A stretch of 64,000 nt of DNA, from assembly GCA_963767535.1 (NCBI GenBank), contig CAVYEC010000002.1, positions 505,062 through 569,061 of the forward strand. The letters run 5' to 3'. The position numbers and the translations under genes were made by a program. The stretch is from an uncultured Planctomycetota bacterium. Lineage in GTDB: Bacteria; Planctomycetota; Planctomycetia; Gemmatales; Gemmataceae. The stretch's first letter is position 1; each line of letters starts with the position of its first letter. The notes under the pieces were generated by a model, which was not told the origin of the DNA, made no database searches, and was given only the letters and a program-made list of their open reading frames with translations. This document shows, one piece after another, positions 38,679 to 47,503 of the stretch.

Positions 38679-39773
38679 ATGTTATCCACCTTCCGCTGGC
38701 TGCTGATCCCGACCCTTGTGGCCGGTTGGCTTGGACTGACCACCCCGGCCCACGCCGAGGTGGCGCCCGTCATCAAGGACGACGGCAAGTTCTTCTCCGC
38801 CGAGGCCGTTGCCAAGGCGAACCGCAAGATCAAGGAGGTCGCCCAGAATTACAACAAGGACTTGCTTATCGAAACGTTCCCGGAAATCCCGGCCGACATC
38901 CGCAAGGACTACAAGGAAGAGGACAAGCGCGAGTTCTTCGAGAAGTGGGCGCGCGAGCAGGCCCACGATAATGCCGTCAACGGCGTCTACGTGTTGGTCT
39001 GTCGCAAGCCGTCGCATTTGCAGGTGGAGGTGGGCAACGAGACGAGCAAGAAAGCCTTTACCACAAGAGATCGCGATCAACTCGCGAAAATCCTTCTGGA
39101 GAACTTCCGAGCCAAGAAATACGACGAAGGGCTTCAGGAAGGGGTCGATTTCTTCGCGAGCAAGATTAAGGAGCATCAGGGCAAGTCGGCGTCGGCGCGT
39201 TCGCAGCCTCATGAGGAATGGGGCGGCAGAAGCCGGGCGTCCGCCAACATTCCGGCGCCGGCTGGGGGGCACAATCCCGGCCTGGGAAGCTCGCTCCTGG
39301 GGTTGGTCTGTATCGGCGTGGTGGTCTTGCTGGGCATCTGGCTCGTGTTCGGACTGATCCGTGCTTTCACGGGGGCCGGCCGCGGTTACGGCGGCGGTTA
39401 TGGGGGTTATGGCGGCGGTGGAGGCGGCGGCGGTTTCCTCAGCTCGCTCCTGGGCGGCATGTTCGGAGCGGGTGCGGGGATGTGGCTGTATGACCACTTC
39501 TTCCACGGCGGGGGAGGTGGCGGATGGGGCGGGTCCGCTTATGGCGGAACGCCGATGGGCGGCGTCGATTCGGGGGCCGAGGACACCGATTACTCCGGCG
39601 CCGGCGGCGATTTTGGCGGCGATGACGTTGGCGGTGGGGGAGGCGATCTCGGTGGGGGTGACGGCGGCGGCGACTTCGGAGGCGATGCGGGCGGCGGCGA
39701 CTTCGGCGGCGGGGGAGACTTCGGAGGCGATTTCGGTGGGGGCGGCGACTTCGGCGGTGGTGGCGATTTCTAA
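38679..39773 (+). CDS. TPM-domain (TLP18.3/Psb32/MOLO-1-type) protein with TM segment and Gly-rich GGDF-repeat tail
   Basis: Signal peptide. TPM-like DDGKFFSAEAVAKANRKIKEV..VYVLVCRKPSHLQVEVG. TM LLGLVCIGVVVLLGIWLVFGLI. The tail has ..GGDFGGGGDFGGDFGGGGDFGGGGDF. Confidence 0.7.
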   Translation: MLSTFRWLLIPTLVAGWLGLTTPAHAEVAPVIKDDGKFFSAEAVAKANRKIKEVAQNYNKDLLIETFPEIPADIRKDYKEEDKREFFEKWAREQAHDNAVNGVYVLVCRKPSHLQVEVGNETSKKAFTTRDRDQLAKILLENFRAKKYDEGLQEGVDFFASKIKEHQGKSASARSQPHEEWGGRSRASANIPAPAGGHNPGLGSSLLGLVCIGVVVLLGIWLVFGLIRAFTGAGRGYGGGYGGYGGGGGGGGFLSSLLGGMFGAGAGMWLYDHFFHGGGGGGWGGSAYGGTPMGGVDSGAEDTDYSGAGGDFGGDDVGGGGGDLGGGDGGGDFGGDAGGGDFGGGGDFGGDFGGGGDFGGGGDF

Positions 39774-39775
39774 CA

Positions 39776-39835
39776 GGTTAGCGACGCTTCGCAGAAGCAT
39801 GGGAGCGAACACGCTTCTGCGTAGCGTCGCTAACC
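39776..39835. repeat. Intergenic hairpin, TTAGCGACGCTTCGCAGAAGC family, copy 1
   Basis: ggttagcgacgcttcgcagaagc .. gcttctgcgtagcgtcgctaacc (23 bp, one mismatch). Confidence 0.85.
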
Positions 39836-39866
39836 GGCATGTGCGGGCATCCGTCGGGGGGCAGCC

Positions 39867-40733
39867 ATGACTTCCGTATTCCAGCGCGTCCTGACCGTGA
39901 TCTGCCTGGCTTGTTTGGCGAAAGCCGCGCCGGCCGAGGAACGGGTCGCCGTCGTCCACGACGAGGCCGGCCTGTTTCGGGCCGATGCGATCGCGCGGGC
40001 CGAACAGCAAATCGACGACATCCGGCAGACCTATCATCGCTATCTGTTCGTGGAAACGGTCAAGTCGGCATCGCCGTCGAAATGGCACTGGAAATGGTTC
40101 CTGCGGACGCGCGAGGTCAATCAACTCCTCCAGGAACAGGCCGAGAAACGCGCCGACGCCTCCGGCGCGGATGGAATCTATGTCGTGATCTGCAACGATC
40201 CCCGCGCCGTCCACGTCGTCGTTCGGCCCGCCGATGATCCCGCGTTTACTCCGCACGACGCCGAGACGCTGCGGCGAACCATCGCCCGCCTTCCGCGCGA
40301 CAGCAGCCCCAACGAGGCGCTGTCCGAAGTGGTCCGCCAAGTCCAAAGCATCCTGCGAGCTTCCGCGACGCGCGGCCAATCCACCTCCGTCGTCAGCGAG
40401 TTCGTCCTGGCCGGCGTCCTCGGGGGCGGCCTCGGTTTGTGGTTGGTGCTGGGACTCATCCGCTACAAGATGCGCTCCGACGGCGCGGACGATCCTATTG
40501 AGGAAACCACGGAGGTACAGGTCCGGCGGCGGCCGGCGCTTATGGGAGCGATGTTCGGCTTCCCCGCGGGACACTGGATTTACGACAAGTTGTATCCTTC
40601 TCCGGCCCAGGGTGCCGCACTGATGCCGCTCCGGGAAACGCCGGTGGAGGCGGAAGGAAACGGGAACGAGAAGACCGACACGGAAGGCCCTCCGGCCGAT
40701 GAACGAGTTGAGGACGCGCCGATCCCATCCTGA
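39867..40733 (+). CDS. TPM-domain protein, second paralogue, with C-terminal TM segment
   Basis: Signal peptide. VHDEAGLFRADAIARAEQQIDDI..IYVVICNDPRAVHVVV. TM FVLAGVLGGGLGLWLVLGLI. Confidence 0.65.
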   Translation: MTSVFQRVLTVICLACLAKAAPAEERVAVVHDEAGLFRADAIARAEQQIDDIRQTYHRYLFVETVKSASPSKWHWKWFLRTREVNQLLQEQAEKRADASGADGIYVVICNDPRAVHVVVRPADDPAFTPHDAETLRRTIARLPRDSSPNEALSEVVRQVQSILRASATRGQSTSVVSEFVLAGVLGGGLGLWLVLGLIRYKMRSDGADDPIEETTEVQVRRRPALMGAMFGFPAGHWIYDKLYPSPAQGAALMPLRETPVEAEGNGNEKTDTEGPPADERVEDAPIPS

Positions 40734-40746
40734 CAAGGAGTCGTCG

Positions 40747-41226
40747 TTGAAGAAGACCGACTGTCCGTTTTGCTGGAAGCTGCGCACAGTGGACGAATTC
40801 GGCGAATCCGAGGTCGTCTGGCAGTTTCCCCACAGTGTCGCCCTGCTGGGGGCGTGGCAATTTTATCAGGGTTATTGCCTCCTCGTGTCGCGCCGCCACG
40901 CCGCCGAGTTGAACGAACTGCCGCCGGACGAACGCCGTGCCTACCTGGACGAGATGTGCCTCTTGGCCCAGGCGGTGCAGACGAGCTATCGGCCTCATAA
41001 GCTCAATTACGAACTCTTGGGCAACCAGGTGCCGCACTTGCACTGGCACATCTTCCCGCGCTACCTTGACGACCCGGACCACCTGCGGGCGGTCTGGCTG
41101 GGTATCGACCGGGCGCAGCAGGATGAGACCTGGCACCGGCGCATGGCAACGGGCCGCGAGGAGCGGGCGACGACGGCGGCCAACGTGCGACACGCTCTGG
41201 AGCAAATGGGCGCACCCCGAGCATGA
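40747..41226 (+). CDS. HIT-family nucleotide hydrolase/transferase (start uncertain: TTG 40747 or ATG 40699)
   Basis: CPFC N-terminus and histidine triad VPHLHWHIFPRY. aaggag lies 6 nt upstream of the TTG. Confidence 0.75.
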   Translation: MKKTDCPFCWKLRTVDEFGESEVVWQFPHSVALLGAWQFYQGYCLLVSRRHAAELNELPPDERRAYLDEMCLLAQAVQTSYRPHKLNYELLGNQVPHLHWHIFPRYLDDPDHLRAVWLGIDRAQQDETWHRRMATGREERATTAANVRHALEQMGAPRA

Positions 41227-42148
41227 CTTCCTCCCTGCGAATCGGCACGCGCGGCAGTCCGCTGGCCCTGTGGCAAGCCCGCCACGTCGCCGGCCTTCTG
41301 CGCCGCTGGCCGGCTCGCGTCCGGTTGAGTTAATCGAGATCGAGACGGCCGGCGATCGCATCCGCGACGTGGCGCTGACGCAAATCGGCGGCGACGGCGT
41401 GTTCACCAAGGAAATCCAGCGCGCCTTGCTGGCCGGCACCGTCGATGTCGCCGTTCACAGTTTGAAGGATTTGCCAACCACCCACGTCGCCGGCCTGACG
41501 CTCGGTGCCGTGCCAGAGCGCGGCCCGTCCGGCGATGTGTTCGTGTCCCACAAACACAAACATTTCGATGAGTTGCCGCGTGGCGCCGTTGTGGGCACGA
41601 GCAGTCTGCGCCGCCGTTCGCAGGCGCTCCATCGCCGGCCGGACTTGCGGATGGTCAACCTGCGCGGCAACGTCGAGACGCGGCTGCGCAAGCTGGACGA
41701 GCAAAATCTCGACGCGATCATTTTGGCCGAGGCGGGGTTAGAGCGACTCGGCCTCAGATCAGCCATCACGGAAATTCTCGACACGGAATGGATGCTGCCG
41801 GCCGTGGGACAGGGGGCGCTGGGATTGGAGTGCCGTGCGGACGATACGGTCACGCTCGGCTTGCTCGAACCGCTGAATCACGGGCCGACGCGACAGGCGG
41901 TGCTGGCGGAGCGAGCGCTGTTGCGTGGTTTGGGCGGCGGCTGTCTGGTGCCGATCGGGGCGAGCGCGCGCGTGGAAGGCGAGTGCCTGACGCTGCGCGG
42001 TGCGGTGCTGACGTCGAACGGGACGCAGCGCGTCGCGGCCGAGACGTGCGGTACGGCGACCGAGGCGGAAGCCGTCGGCCAGCAACTCGCGAAGACTCTA
42101 CTGGCGCACGGAGCACGGACATTGTTGGCTCACCCTCCCGCGCACTGA
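41224..42148 (+). CDS. hemC: Hydroxymethylbilane synthase (porphobilinogen deaminase); frame break ~41305
   Basis: MTSSLRIGTRGSPLALWQA.., then ..VELIEIETAGDRI..GDGVFTKEIQRALLAGTVDVAVHSLKDLPT. Confidence 0.85.
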
Positions 42149-42156
42149 GTTTGCCC

Positions 42157-42213
42157 GTTTAGCGATGCTTCGCAGAAGCGTGTGGAAGAACGCTTCTGCG
42201 AAGCGTCGCTAAC
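42157..42213. repeat. Intergenic hairpin, TTAGCGACGCTTCGCAGAAGC family, copy 2
   Basis: gtttagcgatgcttcgcagaagcg / tgtggaagaa / cgcttctgcgaagcgtcgctaac. Lies between convergent genes. Confidence 0.85.
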
Positions 42214-42227
42214 CCGATGCCCATGAA

Positions 42228-43041
42228 TCAAGGCGAGGTTCGTCGCACGAGCAAGGGGATCAGATAAGCGCGTGCGAATCCCGGCTGAAGCGTCCCGTAA
42301 TGGCTGCCGCGATTGCCGGACCAGGCGACGACCGGATCCCACGGGTGGTTGCGCAGCCTGGCGTACAGCAGCTCGTCGCCCGGACACTTCAAAACCGGCG
42401 TGAAACCGACCCGGCCCGCGGCGGCCGACCAGCGGCGATCCGCCGTGCCAATGATCCCCGTGCCGATGCACAACGCCCCGATGTCCCGATGACTGGTGAA
42501 CACTTCGATGCCCTGCCGGCTCGCACGCAAGGCGGGGCGCAGATCGTAATCATTCGAGATGGCCGGGGCCAGTAACACGATACGGTCGATCGTGTTGGGC
42601 GGGGACGCCTCGGCGGCGGCGAGGATGACGGCGCAACCGCTGCTGTGGCCGACCAGCGAGACGGCGCGGTCCGGGCACGCCTGGCGCATCGAATACCACG
42701 AGGGCGGCGAGGCGACGACCTTCTTCGATGTGATTGCAATGATCGACGTGATCGACCACCAGGCGGCGGTAGCCGTGCGACCATACAAACGTCTCGACCC
42801 GCAAGGGCGCGCCGGTGTCGCGCACGGCGTCGCACAGGGCGGAGGACGTGGTGCGATAATCGCCGGACCCGTCGGCGACGAAGACGACATCGGCGTTGGG
42901 AGTGAGGCAGCCGCAGCTGGTGGGCATCGACCGATTCGTGGCGCAGCCGGCCGCGAGGAGGGTCAGAAGGACCAGTCGCGGCAGGGAACTTCGCAAGGCA
43001 GCATCCTCGCTCGAGGGGCCGGAGATGGGTCTCAAGACCAA
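42228..43041 (-). CDS. Alpha/beta hydrolase-like lipoprotein; frame break ~42705
   Basis: Lipobox-like LLAAGC in ORF 42550..43041. Nucleophile elbow GHSSGC and downstream LLAPA in ORF 42228..42890. Confidence 0.6.
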
Positions 43042-43270
43042 TTGTAATCCCGCCCGGAGAGGGTGCGACAGTCAGCCGGGGTCGGAGGAGGAGGTCGAGA
43101 TGGATTATCCAGCTGCGCGTTCCATGCAGGCGATAAAGTTCCCGCAATTTCCGCGATCGGAACGGGTTCAGCAAAGCGCCAAACGCCCTCCAAACACCAC
43201 CACGGACGGCGACAACGGGGAGTTGATGCCAGGCGGTGCCATCCGGCGACAACTCGCGTCAAATCGCGCC

Positions 43271-43416
43271 GCCGTCCACCGTCACCAAACGGTGGTTGCG
43301 GCGGTCCTCGTAGGGTGGGCCGAGGTACGAGGCCCACCACGCCCCTCTGGTGGGCCTCGTTCCTCGGCCCACCCTACGGAACTGGCCATGCCGTCCACCG
43401 TCACCAAACGGTGGTT
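43271..43416. repeat. Composite repeat: 27-nt direct repeats (each a small hairpin) flanking a 68-bp variant of the GTAGGGTGGGCC palindromic element (43310-43377)
   Basis: gccgtccaccgtcaccaaacggtggtt occurs at 43271-43297 and 43390-43416. The central element is gtagggtgggccgaggtacgaggcccacc..ggtgggcctcgttcctcggcccaccctac. Confidence 0.85.
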
Positions 43417-43553
43417 TCTAGTCCGGCCCTGCCGGTTCTGAGGACGTGTCGGCCTCTTTTGCACCCGAAAGTTGTCCGGAATCGCTTGAAACTATAACTG
43501 AACTGTTGTACCCTCGTGGGTTGTGTCTTCTGGGTCCAGCACGGATGTGTCCC

Positions 43554-44807
43554 ATGCCGGCTTCCTTCCCACCCCCTGGCGTCAAGGTCCTCACCATCGG
43601 CGAGTTGACGCGCGCCCTCAAGGGGATGATCGAGGAGACACACGCCAACGTCTGGGTCGAGGGCGAGGTCTCGAACTTGTCGAGGCCGAGTTCGTACGGG
43701 CATCAATACCTGACCCTCAAGGACGACGAATCGCCCTTGAAGGCGGTCCTTTATCGCGCCATCGCCTTGCGGATGAAGTTCGACCTGCGCGATGGCATGC
43801 GCGTCATCGCCCGCGGCCGACTGACCTTGTACATGCCGCGCGGCGAATACCAACTGCTCATCGAGGAGGTCCAGCCTAAAGGCATCGGCCCGCTGGAGTT
43901 GGCGTTTCGGCAACTCAAGGAAACGCTGTCGCTGAAGGGCTATTTCGATCCCAAGCGCAAGCGGAAGCTGCCGCGCATCCTGCGCCGCATCGTGCTGGTG
44001 ACGAGTCCGAGCGGCTCGGCGGTGCGCGACATGCTCGAAATCCTGTCGCGGCGCTGGCCGGCGGCGGAGGTGTGGGTCTGTCCGGTCCACGTCCAGGGCG
44101 AAGGCGCGGCCGCCGAGGTCGCCGAGGCGATCGGCTCACTTAATCGCTTGGCGGAAAGCGGCACGGTCATCGACGCCCTCGTCGTCGGCCGCGGCGGCGG
44201 CAGCCTCGAAGACCTGTGGACGTTCAACGAGGAGTGCGTCGCCGAGGCGATCTATCAGTCGGCCATCCCGGTCGTCACCGGCATCGGCCACGAGGACGAT
44301 TTGACCATCGCCGACATGGTGGCCGACCTGCGGGCGCTGACGCCGAGCGAGGCGGCCGAGAAAGTCGTGCCCGATCGCGCCGCCGTGCTCGACTGGCTGA
44401 ACGGACTCGAATCGCGCTTTCGCACCGACCTGCGGCGACGCTTGCAGGAGTCGCGCTCGCGCCTGACCGAATTGGCCCGGCGTCCGTGTTTGCGCCGGCC
44501 TCTCGAACGCATTCGGCAGGAAGAACGACAACTCACGCTCTGGAACGAGCGCTTGCGGCGGGCCGTGCAGAGGCGCATCGAACAGGCCCGCGAGCAACTG
44601 AAAGGCCAGGCGGCACGGCTGGAAGGACTCAGCCCGCTCAACGTGCTGTCCCGCGGCTACAGCCTGACGAGCAAGGAAGCCGATGCGACTGTGCTGCGCA
44701 GCGCCGGGCAAATCGAGGTCGGCGAGCGCATCGTGACGCGACTTCAACAAGGGCAGATCCTCAGTCGGGTCGAAGAAGCGAGAGGAGGTGAATCCGATGG
44801 TAAGTGA
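43554..44807 (+). CDS. xseA: Exodeoxyribonuclease VII large subunit
   Basis: LTIGELTRALKGMIE..VWVEGEVSN OB-fold N-terminus. GRGGGSLEDLWTFN. Coiled-coil C-terminus. Confidence 0.88.
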   Translation: MPASFPPPGVKVLTIGELTRALKGMIEETHANVWVEGEVSNLSRPSSYGHQYLTLKDDESPLKAVLYRAIALRMKFDLRDGMRVIARGRLTLYMPRGEYQLLIEEVQPKGIGPLELAFRQLKETLSLKGYFDPKRKRKLPRILRRIVLVTSPSGSAVRDMLEILSRRWPAAEVWVCPVHVQGEGAAAEVAEAIGSLNRLAESGTVIDALVVGRGGGSLEDLWTFNEECVAEAIYQSAIPVVTGIGHEDDLTIADMVADLRALTPSEAAEKVVPDRAAVLDWLNGLESRFRTDLRRRLQESRSRLTELARRPCLRRPLERIRQEERQLTLWNERLRRAVQRRIEQAREQLKGQAARLEGLSPLNVLSRGYSLTSKEADATVLRSAGQIEVGERIVTRLQQGQILSRVEEARGGESDGK

Positions 44808-45069
44808 CGCACGGGCCGGCAAGCGGACATTTGAGGAATCGCTTCTGGAGTTGGAGCGCATGGTGCGCGAACTGGAGGACGGACAATTGGGCTTGGAAGA
44901 CGCCTTGGCCCGTTACGAGCAGGGTGTCGGGCTCATCAAATCGTGTTACCAGCAGTTGCAGCAAGCGGAACAGCGTATTCTGCTTCTGACGGGCGTGGAT
45001 GAGGAGCAGAAGCCCATCTTGCAGCCGTTCAAGCACGAGGCGACGGCCCTGGCGAAGAAACGGCCGTAA
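44797..45069 (+). CDS. xseB: Exodeoxyribonuclease VII small subunit
   Basis: FEESLLELERMVRELEDGQLGLEDALARYEQGVGLIKSC. Overlaps the end of xseA. Confidence 0.88.
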   Translation: MVSDARAGKRTFEESLLELERMVRELEDGQLGLEDALARYEQGVGLIKSCYQQLQQAEQRILLLTGVDEEQKPILQPFKHEATALAKKRP

Positions 45070-45182
45070 TGACCGTCGGGCTATCGCTCTCCTGCCGCGG
45101 CGGTTCTTTTTGGTATATTGCGCTTGGTGAGTCTTCCGGTCGTCCTTCTCCAGGCTACTCGGAACGAATTCGATGCCCACGC

Positions 45183-46343
45183 ATGACGAAACACCAGGAA
45201 CAGCAAACGGCTCCCCTGCACCGCCCGGAAGGTCGATTCCGAAAAATCCTATCCATTCTGGGGCGTGAATGGCCCTTGCTGGCAAACGTCCTCACGGCGG
45301 CGTTATTCCTCGCCTTTGGCCCCGTCTGGCTGCGAGATCTCTCGCACCCACTCTGGTTCGCCTTCCTTCTGATCTGGCTCTTCGCGGTCATCCTGCTGGC
45401 GGCGTTTGCCGTGGTGCGTCATGCGGAAGCTCTCGGCGCGAAACTCGGCGAGCCGCTGGGCACGCTCATTTTGACGCTGGCCGTCACCGGCATCGAGGTG
45501 ATGATGATCTCGGCGGTTATGTACGCTGGCCACGGCCACGCCACGCTGGCCCGCGACGCCATGTTCGCGGTGGTGATGATCGTCCTCAACGGCATGATCG
45601 GCCTGTCGCTGCTGCTGGGCGGATTGCGCTACCACGAACAGACCTACAACCTGCTGGGCGCCAACGCCTTCCTCGCCGTGATCGTGCCTTTGGCCGTGCT
45701 GGGTTTGGTGCTGCCGAACTTTACGGCCTCCTCGCCCGGCCCGACGTTCTCGACACCGTTGGCCGTCTTTCTCATCGTCATGTCGGTGGGGCTATACGGC
45801 GTGTTTCTGACCATCCAGAACGTGCGGCACCGCGATTACTTCGTGGCCCCCGAATCCGCCGGGGCAGAGGGACATCACGAACACGGCGGCCGATCCGTGG
45901 CCTATCATTCCACTTTCCTCGTGGCGTATCTGTTGCCCCTGGTCGTCCTGTCCAAGCAAGAGGCCGTGCCAATCAACCACGGCATTGAGGTGCTGCACGC
46001 GCCGCCGGCGCTGGGCGGATTCGTCGTGGCGGTGCTGATCCTGTCGCCGGAATCGCTCGGCGCGATCCGGGCCGCGCTGGCGAACCAACTCCAACGCTCG
46101 GTCAACATCCTGCTCGGCTCGGTGCTGGCGACCATCAGCCTGACCATCCCCGCCGTGCTGACCATCGGATTTCTCACCAGCCAGACCATCGTCCTGGGCG
46201 TCGATGCGGTGGACATGACGCTGTTGCTGTTGACGCTGGCGGTCAGCATGTTGACGTTCGCCAACGACCGCACGAACGTCCTGCTTGGGGCGGTCCATCT
46301 GCTCCTGTTTCTCGCCTACCTGATGCTGATTTTTGAAAAGTGA
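45183..46343 (+). CDS. Ca2+/H+ antiporter-type (CaCA/ChaA-like) membrane transporter
   Basis: About 10-11 TM segments. alpha-repeat-like GTLILTLAVTGIEVMMI and LLGSVLATISLTIP. Confidence 0.65.
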   Translation: MTKHQEQQTAPLHRPEGRFRKILSILGREWPLLANVLTAALFLAFGPVWLRDLSHPLWFAFLLIWLFAVILLAAFAVVRHAEALGAKLGEPLGTLILTLAVTGIEVMMISAVMYAGHGHATLARDAMFAVVMIVLNGMIGLSLLLGGLRYHEQTYNLLGANAFLAVIVPLAVLGLVLPNFTASSPGPTFSTPLAVFLIVMSVGLYGVFLTIQNVRHRDYFVAPESAGAEGHHEHGGRSVAYHSTFLVAYLLPLVVLSKQEAVPINHGIEVLHAPPALGGFVVAVLILSPESLGAIRAALANQLQRSVNILLGSVLATISLTIPAVLTIGFLTSQTIVLGVDAVDMTLLLLTLAVSMLTFANDRTNVLLGAVHLLLFLAYLMLIFEK

Positions 46344-46488
46344 ACCATCCGGGCGAGATTGCTCTCCTTGCCGGCCCTGTAGACATTGCCTGAAACGCGC
46401 GGTTATTGGTATCATCCCCGCACGGTTTCTATTTATGGAGAACAGGCCAGGATCGGCCCGATCCGTTTTGGTGGGTACAGGCTGACCG

Positions 46489-47385
46489 TTGGAACGACTG
46501 GACGAGTACCTGCGCGAGAAGCGTGCCGAGGTGGAAAAGCACCTATCGGCTGCCCTGCGTCCGCAACCGGGATTGCCCGCGCCCTTGGCCGAAGCGATGC
46601 GCTACAGCCTGCTGGCGCCCGGCAAACGGCTGAGGCCGATCCTCGTGGTGATGGCGGCGGAAGCGTGTGGCGGCCCGGAGAGCAACACCTGGCCGGCGGC
46701 GTGTGCGGTCGAGATGATCCACGCTTACTCGCTCATCCACGACGACCTGCCGGCCATGGATGACGACGACCTGCGCCGCGGGCAGCCGACCTGCCACAAG
46801 AAATTCGGCGAGGCTCTGGCTATCCTGGCCGGCGACGCGCTTCTGACGATGGCGTTTCAGGTGCTGGCCGAGGGTTATCCCGCCCTGACTGCGTCGTCTT
46901 GTTGTCGGGAGCTGGCGCGGGCGGCGGGGGCGGCCGGCATGGTCGGCGGACAGGTCGATGACCTGGCCTGGGAACAGCGCGGCGAAGGCAACCTCGAGGC
47001 GCTGGAGGATTTGCACCTGCGCAAGACCGGCGCCCTCATCCGGGCCAGTCTGCGACTGGGTGCGCTGGCCGCTTACGCACACCGGGATGGACCTCCGCCG
47101 GAACTGTTGGAACGACTGGACGGCTACGGCCGATGTCTTGGCCTGGCCTTCCAGATCATCGACGATTTGCTCGACGTGGAAGGAGATGCGGAGCAGACCG
47201 GCAAGCGTGTCGGCAAGGACGCGGGTCGGGGAAAACTGACATACCCCGGCTTCCTCGGCGTCCACGAGAGCCGGCGCCGTGCCGAACGACTCGGCCGGGA
47301 GGCGTGCTCGTTCGTACAACCACTAGGACCGGCCGCCGGGCGATTGGCGGCGCTGGTCTCGTTTGTCCTGGATCGCGATCGGTGA
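46489..47385 (+). CDS. ispA: Polyprenyl (farnesyl/geranylgeranyl) diphosphate synthase
   Basis: First DDxxD LIHDDLPAMDDDDLRRG and second FQIIDDLLD. TTG start. Confidence 0.88.
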   Translation: MERLDEYLREKRAEVEKHLSAALRPQPGLPAPLAEAMRYSLLAPGKRLRPILVVMAAEACGGPESNTWPAACAVEMIHAYSLIHDDLPAMDDDDLRRGQPTCHKKFGEALAILAGDALLTMAFQVLAEGYPALTASSCCRELARAAGAAGMVGGQVDDLAWEQRGEGNLEALEDLHLRKTGALIRASLRLGALAAYAHRDGPPPELLERLDGYGRCLGLAFQIIDDLLDVEGDAEQTGKRVGKDAGRGKLTYPGFLGVHESRRRAERLGREACSFVQPLGPAAGRLAALVSFVLDRDR

Positions 47386-47403
47386 GGGATGCCGATCAAC
47401 ATT

Positions 47404-47479
47404 AGTCCGTGGCCAGTAGCCCGTAGTCCGTAGCCAAGACGGTTTTTTGCTACGGACTACGGACCACGGACTACGGACT
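47404..47479. repeat. Intergenic hairpin, GTAGTCC-heptad family, second member
   Basis: agtccgtggccagtagcccgtagtccgtagc .. gctacggactacggaccacggactacggact (imperfect). Confidence 0.8.
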
Positions 47480-47503
47480 TCAAATGGATTAAGGGCCAAT
47501 GCC

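Noticed and set aside
38682-40787. A 701-aa minus-strand ORF spanning both TPM genes.
   Set aside because: It is a high-GC shadow ORF with low-complexity Arg/Ala/Gly-rich translation and no recognisable motifs. The plus-strand ORFs have signal peptides, TPM-domain similarity and RBS-like sequences.
46386-46415. A sigma70-like promoter, TTGCCT-18 nt-TATCAT, upstream of ispA. There is also an extended -10 (TGATATAAT) at 25052-25060 upstream of the AraC gene.
   Set aside because: They are plausible by E. coli rules. However, promoter consensus in this lineage is not established and there is no supporting evidence in the sequence, so they are not reported as features.
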